Below are positions 1 to 10,478 of a DNA stretch of 56,969 nt, in pieces (position 1 is the stretch's first letter; every line of letters begins with the position of its first letter). This DNA comes from a virus (lineage: Duplodnaviria; Caudoviricetes). Made by a program: the position numbers and the translations under genes. The stretch is from positions 1 through 56,969 of IMG/VR virus record IMGVR_UViG_3300048838_000199, one strand, 5' to 3'. The notes beneath the pieces are model-generated. The model had not been told where the DNA came from, did not search any database, and worked only from the letters and a program-made list of their open reading frames with translations.

Positions 1-179
1 TCGGACAGCCTGCCCTGCTCGATCGTTGGCGCGTCGTTCGGGGCCATCAGCATGCCGGCCACCGCTGCGCCGATCTGGAACCCCTGCCACGCCGTCAGCG
101 CATTGATGCCCAGACTGGCCCCAGGGATGCCGGCCAACGCCACGCCCAGGATGCCACCAAGAACTTCGCCCTTACTCAT
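1..179 (-). CDS. N-terminal part of a J-like/GTA g15-like tail protein segment (runs off the left end)
   Basis: ATG at 179 overlaps the NlpC stop (ATGA); translates MSKGEVLGGILGVALAG...PTIEQGRLS, the typical start of this family. Confidence 0.75.
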   Translation of the reverse strand, partial: MSKGEVLGGILGVALAGIPGASLGINALTAWQGFQIGAAVAGMLMAPNDAPTIEQGRLS

Positions 180-616
180 TCATCACCCGTATACCTTGGC
201 CGCCAGACCTGGCCCAGCGTGTGCCGGTGGTCGTCGGTCAGCCGATGCTTGACTATGCGCAGCCAGTCCTCGCTGTGAACGATTCCCAGGCCGCCGCGCT
301 CGTGGTCGTACAGCACGCCCATGTGCATGCTGCCGGCACCCTTGTGGAACGTCACCACGTCGCCGGCCTGCAGGTCGTCGGTCGTGCCTTCATCGAACCA
401 GCTGGGCAGATGCTCGTGCGACAGTGCCACCAAGTCGGTGCGCCTCGAATAGTCGCGCACGTCCCAATCTGCCGGCAGGTAGCCGGTCGCATGGCCAGCC
501 CCAACAATCAGCCCCCAGCAGTCGACACCACCTTGGCTGCCCTTGCTTCGCCCTTGCCACTTGAAGGGTGTGCCCACCCAGTCCAGAACCTCTGCCACCC
601 ACTGCTTACGTGTCAT
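176..616 (-). CDS. NlpC/P60 family cell-wall peptidase (GTA g14-like)
   Basis: WVGTPFKWQGR..GVDCWGL, HMGV and IVHS motifs; position after DUF2163. Confidence 0.9.
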   Translation of the reverse strand: MTRKQWVAEVLDWVGTPFKWQGRSKGSQGGVDCWGLIVGAGHATGYLPADWDVRDYSRRTDLVALSHEHLPSWFDEGTTDDLQAGDVVTFHKGAGSMHMGVLYDHERGGLGIVHSEDWLRIVKHRLTDDHRHTLGQVWRPRYTGDE

Positions 617-1482
617 TACCCTGCCCTCACGATTCTGAGCATGACGTCGTTGCCCGGTATGTCGGGTTCACCGTCAAAGTTCAGAATGTTGTTCACGCCG
701 CTGGCGTTGGACTTCAGCTTGCAGGCCGCCCGCGTCTTGGCGCAGCCCTCGTACACCGTGAACTCGTCGCCCACCTCGATCGGGATGGCCGCATCGGTCA
801 CCAGCAGTATAGAACCGTTGGCCTGGTCATAGTGCCGCACGTCGTGCCGCAGCCCTGCGTTGCTGCCGGCAGTCCACACGATGTACCCGTAATCGAACAG
901 GCCATCAGCGAACGCGCCCACCAAGTCGGTGCTGCTGAACAGCTTGCGCGAATCCACGCCTGTCACCTCGGCAGCTTGCGATTCCTGGATGGCCTTGCAC
1001 TGCACGGGGTCACCGAATGCCGCCCGGCACGTCGCCTGGGTCAGTGGCACGATGTTGGCCGCCAGCCACTGGCTGCCCCCACGCATTTCAGCATTGAACT
1101 GGTTCTCGGCCCGCACCTGCACCTCGCCCAGCACGCCCCAGATAAGTCGCACCTGGTCGCCGTCGGGGTCGTCGTAGTTCACCAAGAACTTGTACACGGT
1201 CGCGCCGTCAAACAGGCCAGCCCGCAGCTGCTCGGCCTCGATGATGCCAGGCCGCACGAATCCCACCACCTCGCTGTTGTCCACGGCCAGGCCAGCCGAA
1301 CATTCCACGCTTGTGGGTTCCATGCCGCTGTTGGCGTAGTAGGTCAGGCCGTCGATTACCAGGTCCCTGCTGCAGCTCGTGAACCCGAACTCCTGGCCGG
1401 CCTGGGTGACCAGACGCCAGCACACCGCCAAGGTCGTGGTGGTCTGCTGCACGTGCGTCGCCAAGGTGCCGATGTTCCGCAT
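616..1482 (-). CDS. DUF2163/BR0599 family tail hub protein (GTA g13-like)
   Basis: TTLAVCWRL..FGFT, CRAAFGD..C, GCAKT..C..NILNFDGEPDIPG. Confidence 0.9.
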   Translation of the reverse strand: MRNIGTLATHVQQTTTTLAVCWRLVTQAGQEFGFTSCSRDLVIDGLTYYANSGMEPTSVECSAGLAVDNSEVVGFVRPGIIEAEQLRAGLFDGATVYKFLVNYDDPDGDQVRLIWGVLGEVQVRAENQFNAEMRGGSQWLAANIVPLTQATCRAAFGDPVQCKAIQESQAAEVTGVDSRKLFSSTDLVGAFADGLFDYGYIVWTAGSNAGLRHDVRHYDQANGSILLVTDAAIPIEVGDEFTVYEGCAKTRAACKLKSNASGVNNILNFDGEPDIPGNDVMLRIVRAG

Positions 1483-1483
1483 G

Positions 1484-2182
1484 TCAGGCCCCCAGTTCCT
1501 CGATTACCCGCAGCTTCATGTTGGCCGCCTCGGGTGATTCCAGCAGAGCCATGACCATGCTGTCGTCCTGCCACCGCGCATGCACGTCAAACAGCAGCGC
1601 AGCCCTGATGGGGGTGCCGTTGCTTGGTGCGCTTCCAAAGGTCACCACGCCGGTGGACGTGTTCAGCGTGTACTGGCTGGTGTAGGCCTGTAGCGTCGTG
1701 CCCAGCCACACCCTCGGCCCCGTGTACCCTGGATTGTCGCCGGCAGTGTCAGCAGCCCCCCACTTGCATGGCTTGGTGATCTTGCGCCAGGTCGTGATGC
1801 TGCCGAACGTGTACGGCACCCGCAGCTGGAACTGCGTGGTGGTGCCGTCGCCGGTGGCGAATGCCTCGATGCTGGCAGGGGCCAGCGGGGTGATGTCGCC
1901 GGTGCCGCCGTACACGTCGCAGCCTGTCCAGTAGTGCAGCATATCCCTGAACCTGAAGGTGTAGCCCATGCCCCTCAGTGCCAGATAGAACGCCATCAGC
2001 TGGTGCCGCAGGGTGAAGTCCTTCAGGAACGCGCTGGCCTCGTAAACGAAGATGGGGTCGGGCCTGTCCACGTTGGCCTGCGCGTAGCCGCTGCGTGCCC
2101 GCGCGATAGACGTGGCGAAGGTGGGGCCGCCCTGGAACGCCTCGCAGATGCGCTGCGGCATACGGATATCTTGGAACGCCAT
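1484..2182 (-). CDS. DUF2460 family distal tail protein (GTA g12-like)
   Basis: GGPTFATSI..SG, FRFRD, GDGTTTQFQL, RKITKP, FDVHAR. Confidence 0.9.
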   Translation of the reverse strand: MAFQDIRMPQRICEAFQGGPTFATSIARARSGYAQANVDRPDPIFVYEASAFLKDFTLRHQLMAFYLALRGMGYTFRFRDMLHYWTGCDVYGGTGDITPLAPASIEAFATGDGTTTQFQLRVPYTFGSITTWRKITKPCKWGAADTAGDNPGYTGPRVWLGTTLQAYTSQYTLNTSTGVVTFGSAPSNGTPIRAALLFDVHARWQDDSMVMALLESPEAANMKLRVIEELGA

Positions 2183-2199
2183 GCACCGATTATGGCGCA
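2177..2199 (-). promoter_or_regulatory. Class-II leaderless promoter motif TGCGCCATAAT-N6-ATG
   Basis: 23-bp exact repeat of 26111-26133; core also at 11056-11066. Confidence 0.6.
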
Positions 2200-2210
2200 G
2201 GGGCCGGCAT

Positions 2211-5200
2211 TTACCGGCCCGTGAAGTTTCGCCCGCGCTGCCGGCCTATCGCCGCAGCCATTTCGCTGGCCACCTGGCCGCTGGCCCGCCTGAACCCAAC
2301 GGTGTCGGGTGTGGTGATGTTCTGGGTCACGTGGATGATCGGGGCACCAGACTGCAGCAGCTGCTGGGTCTGGCTGCTGTTGTGCATTCTGCCGCCGCTG
2401 CTTGGTGGCGTCCACAGCTCGGGGCCGTACTCACCAACCAGGACAGGCTGGCCGATCATCGGCACGTCGCCGCCGGCAGCGAACCGCATGCCCTTGAACA
2501 TGCTGGTAAGGAATCCACCCTTACCGAACGCGCCAACCGACGACAGCAGGCCCACGATGCCGATGGCGTCAGTCAGCAGGCTGCGCTTGCGCCCACCACC
2601 GCCGGCCAGCATAGCCACCGACGCCAGCGCGCCAAACATGTCGATGTTGCCGCCGATCTTCATGCCGTTGGGCACCCCGCTGGTTTCGCCCGGCATGATG
2701 GAACTGGCCGCCGCGTCTGGGTTGCCGATGGCTCTGGCCATTTCGCTCGTGGCCCTGGCTGCCGCCTCGGTCGCCCGAACTTGCGCCTGCATCACTTCCA
2801 CCTTGCGCGCGTCGCCGGCACCTAGGACCTGCCCGGCCAGGCCGCCGGCCACCAGCTCTGCATCTGCTTCGCGCTGCGCTTGGAACCTGGCCGACTGTTC
2901 GGCCCGATACCTGCGCAGGTCGCGCCCTTGGAACAGTGGCTCCAGTGAACGCATCAGCTGCGATCTGGCCCACTCCAGGAACATCTGCCGAATGGTCTGC
3001 CGCCAGCCGTCCACCAGGCTGTTCCAGAACCCCTTGAACCCCTTGCCTAGGCCGTCCTCGAATGGCCGCATAAGGATGTCGACCAGGCCGCTGGCCTGCT
3101 GGCGCGCGTCGTCGGCCAGCCGTTCCATGTTGTCGGCCTGCAGCTGCCGCTGCCTGTCCTGGGCTGCCTGCACCTGCTCGGTGCCATGCACTTGGTCACG
3201 AACCAGCCGGCTCTGCTCTATGCGCAGCTTCTCGGCTTCCACCAGCTGCTTCTGCTGCTCGGGGGTGATTTCGCCGCGCGACACTCGGGCCTGTTGTTCC
3301 AGAAGGAACAGCTGCAGCTCCAGTGCGTCGTTCTGGTCCTGAATCAGCCGGTACCGTTCCTGCTCGGTCAGGGCCAGGTTCGCCTGAATCGCATGGATGG
3401 CCTGGTCGTGCTTCAGCTGCTCGGCTGCCGCACTCGTGGCCCCCTGCTTGCCCGCCAGTTCCTCGGCCACACGCTGCCGCTGCTCGGCCTGGAACTTCTC
3501 GTACTCGGCACGCGCCAGGGGTTCCAGCTCGCTGGCCTTCAGGTCTGGCCTGGCCATCATCAGCCGCAGCCTGATGCGTTCCTGCTCGGTGACGGCTTCC
3601 ACCAGCTGCTTCTCTTGCTGCAGCCGGGTGACTTCCTTGGCCAGCTCTGCGCTGCGCTGCTGGACCAGCTGGGTGCGCCGTTCCTCGATCAGCTTGGCCT
3701 TGTCTGCGTCGGTCAGGTCCCTGCGATCGGCCAGGGACAGCTTGAACTGGGCCAGGGCCTTCTCGGTTGGGTCGTTCATGGCCTCGGCTGCGCTGGATTC
3801 GCGCATCCGCTTCAGTTCTCGGTCCACGATCGTGCCCGACAGCATGCCGTGCAGCCGCGCCGCCCGTTCCTTTTCCTCGGGCTTTAGCTGCTTGTATCGG
3901 TCCAGGGTCAGCCCCAGCATGTCGGCATACTTCTGCTGCTCGTCTGTGGCTGCTGCTATGGCCACCTTCACGCGCTGGAATGACTGGTCGACCTCGGCCT
4001 GCTTCTGCTTGGCTTCCTCGATCTGCCGCCGCGCCTCGGCCTCGGCTTCCTTCCACGCCTGCAGGACTGCGCTGTCCTCGGCCCCAACCTTGCCGATGCC
4101 CTTGGCCCCACGCTTGCGCGTGCTGGATGCGTGCAGGTGGTCGTAATGGTTGCCGCCGGCCATGGTGCGCCACAGCACAGCCCGATCCTTGCCACTCTCG
4201 GAGTCAGGGAAGTACCCCATTTCCTGGAGTCGCTTGTCCACCAGGTCTGCCAGTCGCTTGCCCTCGGCTGTGGTCAGTGCGTGGCCGTTGATGGCCGCGA
4301 TGTCCAACGCGCTGCCGATACCGTGCCGGCTGGGTCCCTTCCTGTTCTTGGCGTTTACGCTGTCTGGCCGACGTGCCGACGACACCAGGAACTCCATGCC
4401 GAACTCGTCAGCAATCTGCCCCAGGGTGTCCACCAGGTCTGCGTTGATGCGCCGGCTGTTGCGCCCGTCGGGGCCGTGGTGCGCACGCTCGGAGACTCGA
4501 ATGGCACCGCGCCCGAATCGCTGGAACTGCTGAAGGTCGTAATAGGTCGGTGCGCTGCTGCCGCCCCCTGCCTTGCCACCCTCGGCCTTGGTCAGGTCTG
4601 CCACGCCGCCGTATCCCGCAGCCTTCAGCCGCTTGTCCACCTCGGCCTGGTACTTGGCGTCCTGGATCCTCTGCGCCACGTCCTTCTGGATCTGCGCTTC
4701 TCGAGCCTTGGCTGCCTGTTCCTGCAGGTACTTGGCGTATCCCTCGGGGCCTAGCTTCGCCTTGCGCTGTTCCTCGGCAGCTTCGCGCCGCAGCTTGGCA
4801 CCCTCGGCCAGCGTCTTGCGCAGCTGGTCGTTCAGCTCGGTGGCTGCCCTGATTTCCTCGCGCCTGGCTGCTTCCACCGCTTCGTTGCTGCCCTGCCCTA
4901 TGGCCAGCTTGCGCTCTTCCAGCACCCTGTTCTTGATGGCCTGCAGCAACGGGCCGCGCGGGTCGTCGCCCCAGATGCTGGGGTCGATGTTGAACATGCT
5001 GCCGTTGGTGATGCTCACACCGCGCTGCAGTTCAGACAGTGAACGCCCGGCCCCCATGTCGCGCAGGTCGCTGGCCTTCTGTGCCGCGTCGCTGGCGTCC
5101 ATGATGTTCAGCCGCGCCCTGGCCAGCTGCATCTCCTTCTCGTAATGGTTCTGCGCTTGCCGTGCTGCCTCTGCGTGCGCCTTGGCCACGTCCAAGATGG

Positions 5201-7232
5201 CATCGCCCTGGTTGGTGTACTTCTTGACCAGCTCGGGCATCAGTAGCGACAGCTCGTTGGCCACCGACTGGTACCGCCGCTGTTCGTCGTTGCTGCGCCG
5301 AGTCTTGCCGGCCAGCTGCTCGTATTCGGCCAGCAGGTCCTTGGTCTGCCGCTTCAGTTCCACCTTGGCCTTGGCCGACTCGTACGCCTGGGTGTACTCA
5401 GCCCTGAATGCCCTGGCGTTGGCCTCTGCCTGCTCTGCCTCGGCCACGCTCCACTTGTGCAGGCCGTACAGGGCCGCAGCCAGTGCCAACACCGCGATGG
5501 TCACCAGGCCGACAGGTGACGCCAGCGCAGCCATAGCCGTGCCCAGCAGCCCGGTGCTGCCGGCAGCTGTGGTGGCCGCAGCGGATCCTGCCATGGTCGC
5601 CGTGGCCGCAGCCGATGCCGATGCCGCCACTGCTTGGTTGGCAGCCACTGCCACACCCTTCTGCGCAGCTCCAGTGGCCGCCGCCGCACCGCTTGCCCTC
5701 GATGCCGCTGCCAAGGCAGTCTCCGCAGCTGCAGCCTCGGACGCCGCTACAGCCTCGGCCTGGGTTGCCGTCGCCAGGGCCGCCTCGCTTGCCGTGGCCG
5801 CTGCCGTCGCTGCTACAGCCGCCGTGCGCAGCCCGAACAGGGTAAGCCAGGCCGCCTTTAGCTGGGCCGTCACGATCAGCACCGGGCCAGCTGCAGCTGC
5901 GATGGCTGCCAGCGATAGGATGATGCCCCTGGCCGTTGGGTCCATGTCGGCCATGGCACCCACCAGGCCGGCCACCGATCTGGTCAGTGCTGCCGCCTGG
6001 TTTAGCAGCGGCTCTGCCGACTGCTGCATCAGAGTCTCCCAGGCAGATTTAAGACCATCCAGCGCGCCGGCCAGCCCCTTGTTGCGTGCTGCCGCCAGCT
6101 CTGCAGCTGCACCTTCGTCGGCCAGCTTGGTGGTCATGGCGTCGAAGGCTTCGACACCACCGCCCAGCACCACGTTGGCAGCTCTGATGGCGTCGCTGCC
6201 GAACATCACCGCAAAGGCAGCATTTCGCTGTTCCTGCGTCAGGTGCTGCACCATCGGGGTGAACTCGGCAATGATGTCCCGCATGGACTTCATGCGCCCG
6301 CTGGCGTCGTACACCTCGATGCCGTACGCCTTCATCAGGTCGCGCACCTTGGCGATGCTGTTGCCTTCCTGCAGCCGCAGGAACATCGTTTTGATGCTCG
6401 TGCCCGCGTCCTGGCCGACTATGCCGGCCTTGGCCAGCAAGCTGATGCTGGCCACCGTGTCGTCGATCGTCTGGCCGCTCTGCTTCATCACGGCACTGGC
6501 CTGCTGAAGGGCCAACGCCATGTCCTGGATGGTGCCGGTGCTGCTGTACGTCGCCTTGGCCAGAAGGTCTGCCACTCGGGTGGCCTTGTCGCCTTCCAGC
6601 TGGAATGCCGACAGCGCGCGCGCCTGGATGGTCGCAGCCTCGGCAGCGTCGATGCCGGCAGCAGCCGCCAGCTGCATCGTGCCCCTGGCCGCCTTCAGCA
6701 CGTTGTCGACGGCCAGGCCGCCCTTGGCCAGCGCGTTCATGGCTCGGGCTGCGTCGTTTGCGCTTGTGGCCGGCAGGGTGATGTCGCCACCAAGTGCCAC
6801 GGCCTCGGCCCGCAGCTTGGACATGTCGCGCGTGGTGCCCTGAATGGACGCCTGCAGCACGTCCATGGTCTGCTCGAACTCCATGCCCAGCCGGGCCGAC
6901 TCGCGCGCGAACAGGCCGAACGGCACCGTGATGCCCAGCGACATGGCTGTGCCCACCGCCGTCATGCCTTGGGTCAGCCTCTGCTGGTATTGCGTCTGTG
7001 CGCTGATGGCTTCGTCGTACGCTCTGCGCGCCGCCACGGGCAGTGCGGCATACGCCTGGCCCATCTTGGTGTGTGCTGCCTTTACGCCGGCCTCGGCTTG
7101 GTCCGCAGACGCCTTAATCGCGCGCCCGGCCTCCAGCACCTCGGCCTTGGCCTGCTGCATTCCCTGCTTCAGGTCCTTGCCGTCGTACGTTCCCCTTACT
7201 CGAAGCTCTGACAGTGTTGGCATGGTTCCCAC
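2211..7232 (-). CDS. Tape measure protein (TP901-type) with internal M15-like peptidase domain
   Basis: 1673 aa, Ala-rich; TP901 core (AGTSIKT, FGSDAIRA, LKSAWE); C-terminal FAAGG..VGEYGPEL; SRHGIGSALD and HYDHLH motifs. Confidence 0.95.
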   Translation of the reverse strand: MGTMPTLSELRVRGTYDGKDLKQGMQQAKAEVLEAGRAIKASADQAEAGVKAAHTKMGQAYAALPVAARRAYDEAISAQTQYQQRLTQGMTAVGTAMSLGITVPFGLFARESARLGMEFEQTMDVLQASIQGTTRDMSKLRAEAVALGGDITLPATSANDAARAMNALAKGGLAVDNVLKAARGTMQLAAAAGIDAAEAATIQARALSAFQLEGDKATRVADLLAKATYSSTGTIQDMALALQQASAVMKQSGQTIDDTVASISLLAKAGIVGQDAGTSIKTMFLRLQEGNSIAKVRDLMKAYGIEVYDASGRMKSMRDIIAEFTPMVQHLTQEQRNAAFAVMFGSDAIRAANVVLGGGVEAFDAMTTKLADEGAAAELAAARNKGLAGALDGLKSAWETLMQQSAEPLLNQAAALTRSVAGLVGAMADMDPTARGIILSLAAIAAAAGPVLIVTAQLKAAWLTLFGLRTAAVAATAAATASEAALATATQAEAVAASEAAAAETALAAASRASGAAAATGAAQKGVAVAANQAVAASASAAATATMAGSAAATTAAGSTGLLGTAMAALASPVGLVTIAVLALAAALYGLHKWSVAEAEQAEANARAFRAEYTQAYESAKAKVELKRQTKDLLAEYEQLAGKTRRSNDEQRRYQSVANELSLLMPELVKKYTNQGDAILDVAKAHAEAARQAQNHYEKEMQLARARLNIMDASDAAQKASDLRDMGAGRSLSELQRGVSITNGSMFNIDPSIWGDDPRGPLLQAIKNRVLEERKLAIGQGSNEAVEAARREEIRAATELNDQLRKTLAEGAKLRREAAEEQRKAKLGPEGYAKYLQEQAAKAREAQIQKDVAQRIQDAKYQAEVDKRLKAAGYGGVADLTKAEGGKAGGGSSAPTYYDLQQFQRFGRGAIRVSERAHHGPDGRNSRRINADLVDTLGQIADEFGMEFLVSSARRPDSVNAKNRKGPSRHGIGSALDIAAINGHALTTAEGKRLADLVDKRLQEMGYFPDSESGKDRAVLWRTMAGGNHYDHLHASSTRKRGAKGIGKVGAEDSAVLQAWKEAEAEARRQIEEAKQKQAEVDQSFQRVKVAIAAATDEQQKYADMLGLTLDRYKQLKPEEKERAARLHGMLSGTIVDRELKRMRESSAAEAMNDPTEKALAQFKLSLADRRDLTDADKAKLIEERRTQLVQQRSAELAKEVTRLQQEKQLVEAVTEQERIRLRLMMARPDLKASELEPLARAEYEKFQAEQRQRVAEELAGKQGATSAAAEQLKHDQAIHAIQANLALTEQERYRLIQDQNDALELQLFLLEQQARVSRGEITPEQQKQLVEAEKLRIEQSRLVRDQVHGTEQVQAAQDRQRQLQADNMERLADDARQQASGLVDILMRPFEDGLGKGFKGFWNSLVDGWRQTIRQMFLEWARSQLMRSLEPLFQGRDLRRYRAEQSARFQAQREADAELVAGGLAGQVLGAGDARKVEVMQAQVRATEAAARATSEMARAIGNPDAAASSIMPGETSGVPNGMKIGGNIDMFGALASVAMLAGGGGRKRSLLTDAIGIVGLLSSVGAFGKGGFLTSMFKGMRFAAGGDVPMIGQPVLVGEYGPELWTPPSSGGRMHNSSQTQQLLQSGAPIIHVTQNITTPDTVGFRRASGQVASEMAAAIGRQRGRNFTGR

Positions 7233-7278
7233 CTGGCCGATCGGTCTGGCCCTGCCACCCTGCTGGCTCTAACAGCAC

Positions 7279-7312
7279 GAAGGGTACCCGACGCTTCGCC
7301 GGATACCCTTTT
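7279..7312. terminator. Hairpin / probable intrinsic terminator after the tail chaperone
   Basis: aagggtacccg...cggataccctt inverted repeat. Confidence 0.5.
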
Positions 7313-7894
7313 ATTCACCTAGCGCATCTGCGCCACGTCGTGCAGCTTCTGCTTCGAGTCGGAAGTGGTTGCGCGCTGCGATGTCCACCCGTTCGTATTG
7401 CAGTGCCCAGTTCACCCAACACACCGGCAGCTCGCCTGGCTCGTAATGCAGGCCGGCCATCTTCCAGGGTTCCACCCCGATGTACCGGCCCGCTTGGATG
7501 AATGGCACCCAGTCGGGCAGCTCGCCTAGTTTGCCGCCCGATACGATGTACTCTAGGTGCCGGTCGAAGTCTTCGGCTTTGGGACTGCGTCCTCGTTAAT
7601 GGCCGTCAGGATGGTCTGCACCAGTGCCGTCTCAAGCTGCGCCACGCCCTCGGGGGTGATGGGCACCAGCTGGCCATCGTCGCCCATGATGTCCCAGCCC
7701 TTGACGTATTCCACAATGCGCTCTTCCCACACGTCGTGCAGGGTCTTGTCGCCCATTAGGTCCAGGTCCTGGCTGGCCATGGTGATCTTGCCGGGGTCGT
7801 ACGTGATCTGCACCGGCACGGTCGTGTTGGCGTCGACTGCCCATTCCACCGTGATGGTCCGGGACTTCCTTCGGAGTTCTGCTAGGTTTGGCAT
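7311..7894 (-). CDS. Tail assembly chaperone G (7553-7894) and -1 frameshift product GT (ends 7311)
   Basis: C CCA AAG at 7583-7577; -1 frame is open into ORF 7311..7508; lies between tail tube and tape measure. Confidence 0.85.
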
Positions 7895-7976
7895 ACCGCC
7901 GCATTATACAGCACGACGGGCCGGGGCATCATCTGCACACCGGCCCGATCGTTCAGCAGCGGGTGTATGTTACCCG

Positions 7977-9287
7977 CTAGTAGCTCACGACGCCGTTCTC
8001 GATCGTCAGCGTGGGTACTTCGCCGTTCGGCCCTTCCACCCATTCGAGTGACCAGGGGTAGATGACTCGGCCATCTTCGTCGCCAAAGTCGGCAGTGTCG
8101 TCCACCTTTACGCACCCCTTCCAGATCATCTTGTGGGGGTCACTGGTCGCGCCGATCATCGGCCCCACGGCCTCGATCATCAGCCACTTGGTCGCGCCGT
8201 TCCGAATGGAGTTCAGCAGGGCCATGCCCGTGCTGTTTGCGCCCACCGTCAGGTTGGCCTTGAACTTGGGGTCCATTTCGGTGGTGTCGGTGAACGTCGT
8301 GGCCGTGCCACGGTCCAGCGTCCAGAATGGGGTGTGCCGGTCTGCGATGTCGAAGCCAGTGGCCGCCACGCCCACCGTCTTGTCCAGCTTGCCGGCAGCT
8401 AGGCCGGCCTCGGTGTCGGCCAGGTACACGTTGATGTGCTGCGGCAGGATGGGCTGCAGCTCGGTGCCGTACTCGGACCAGCCGCCCTTCGTCGCCTGCA
8501 CCACCGTCACCGTCGGGGTGGTTCCACCCGTCAGTGAGTTGTTGGCCAGGTAGACCATGGGCATGTTCTCGCCGGCCAGCGTGCCGCCGAACGTGATGGT
8601 GAACGGCCCGGTGCCGGTCACGACGACGTTGCCAGCCCCGATGCTCGGCAGGGCCTCCAGCGCAGACGTGATGGCCGCCGCGTTCGCATTGAACTGAATG
8701 GCCGCCGTCTCAGCTCCCCTAAACGCCAGCTTGTAAGTGCCGCCGGTGGGGGTGCCGGTGATGGTCATGGTCTGCACTTCGTTCGCGCCGGTAGCCATGG
8801 TGATGCCGTCGGTCATTTTCTGAGCGAACCACGCGCCAGACACCTGGCAGTCCTGGGTGTTGATCTGAATCTGCAGCCCGGTGTGGACCAGATACAGATG
8901 CTGCTGCGCTCGGGTGGTGGTTTCACCACGCTGCACGCTGTACGTCTTGATGGTGCTGCGCTTCCTGTTCTCCAGGTTGTACTGGTGAATGTTGCGCTGC
9001 GCCGCCACGCCGGTGCCCGAATGGACGCCGGCCCCGATGATGGCTTCCAGAACCACCGGCAGCTCGTTGTAATCGGCCAGGCCGCTGATGCTGCCGCTGC
9101 CCCACTCTCGGGTGGGCACAACCACGGCCTGCATCTTTTCGCCCTGGGGTCGGAACTTCTTTACGTTCACGTTGGGCCGGGTTCGGTAGTTCAGCGCGCG
9201 CATGCGCTTGAAGCTGCTGGCGATCGTGCCGGGGGTGCTTTCCACTCCCAGCAGGACGTGTTCGGTTAGGGTTTGTCTCACTGGCAT
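7977..9287 (-). CDS. Major tail tube protein with Ig-like insert (internal start within ORF 7977..10478)
   Basis: AGGAGG SD about 10 nt before ATG 9287; VLLGVESTPGT N-terminus; NEVQTMTITGTPTGGTY insert. Confidence 0.75.
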   Translation of the reverse strand: MPVRQTLTEHVLLGVESTPGTIASSFKRMRALNYRTRPNVNVKKFRPQGEKMQAVVVPTREWGSGSISGLADYNELPVVLEAIIGAGVHSGTGVAAQRNIHQYNLENRKRSTIKTYSVQRGETTTRAQQHLYLVHTGLQIQINTQDCQVSGAWFAQKMTDGITMATGANEVQTMTITGTPTGGTYKLAFRGAETAAIQFNANAAAITSALEALPSIGAGNVVVTGTGPFTITFGGTLAGENMPMVYLANNSLTGGTTPTVTVVQATKGGWSEYGTELQPILPQHINVYLADTEAGLAAGKLDKTVGVAATGFDIADRHTPFWTLDRGTATTFTDTTEMDPKFKANLTVGANSTGMALLNSIRNGATKWLMIEAVGPMIGATSDPHKMIWKGCVKVDDTADFGDEDGRVIYPWSLEWVEGPNGEVPTLTIENGVVSY

Positions 9288-10478
9288 TATTAGGGTTCCC
9301 TCCTGGGATATGGTCGTCACGCGCACCCTGGCAGTTGTGACGTACTGCGATAATACCGCCGTTGGCGTGTTGGGCCTACGCACCAAGACGCTAAAGGTGC
9401 CGCTGAAGTTGCTGGGAACCCAGCCGCCCGGCTTCGCCCACAGGTAGGTGGGGCTGCCGCACGTGAACATCTGCACCGTGGTCGTGGTGAACACCACCCA
9501 CGTCTCACCGATCGGGTTCACACCGTCCAGGCTTAGTGCCACCTCCAGGGGGTAGTAATAGCCGGTAGGTGGTGGGGGCAGCACATCATTCAGGGGGCCA
9601 TCGCCGCCAGGCTCTGCTTCCACTTCCTCGGTCACGGTGCCAGGCAGCTCGGGGGTGACTGTCGGAGTGCCGACGACGGGGGTGCTGGTGCCGCGCTCTG
9701 CGTTGGTGCCGATCTGCGTGGCCCATGCCGTGGTTAGTATCGGGTCGCCGCCGGCTGCGTTCGGGTCGTCTGTCCAGGCCGTGATGTCCACCTCGATGCC
9801 CATGATGGTGTCGGTGTTCGGCACAGCTGGGGACCAGGTGTAAATGCGCAGCCAGGGGCTTGGCATGCTGATGTTGCCCGGCAGCTGGCAGTAATCCAGG
9901 TCTGCCTCGGCCATCGGGCTGTACGCCATGTCCATGCGCACCTGGTCCACGTACGCCGTGGTGGTGCTGCTGGCCTGGCCCTGGATGGCGATGCCGATGG
10001 TGCCGCTGGCCACGTCGCTGGCCGTCACCCCAAGGGTGGCCAGGTCTGCATCGGTGAACGTGTAGTACACCGTTTCACTGTTCGCGCCGGCCACCCAGTT
10101 GGTCGCCAGCTTCTTGTCCACCGCAGTCAGCACCGTGCCGGCCTTCACCAGGTACACGTGGAAGTCGACCATGTTGCCGCCCACGTCGCGCCGCCGCCGA
10201 ACCATGAACCGCACGTACTTCAGCGACGCGCCGGCTGCCTGGGGCATGGCTGCGAACTCCACGACCAGCTGGTGCGTGTTGCCGCCGGTCGTGGCCAATA
10301 CCGTGGCCTCGGGGCTGCCCTGGCTCTGGACAGCTGCCAGCAGCGACGGGGTGCCAGTCCATGCGAACGAACCACCGCCGGCCACGCTGCTGGCCGCCGA
10401 TGCTGTGCGCCACTGGCACCATATCAGCCACGGCAGCAGCGCGCTGCGATTCGCCGGCAGAAGGGTGCGCAGCGGCAT
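9288..10478 (-). CDS. In-frame 397-aa N-terminal extension of the tail tube ORF (beta-rich modules)
   Basis: ATG overlaps the upstream TGA; no stop before the tube gene. Confidence 0.6.
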
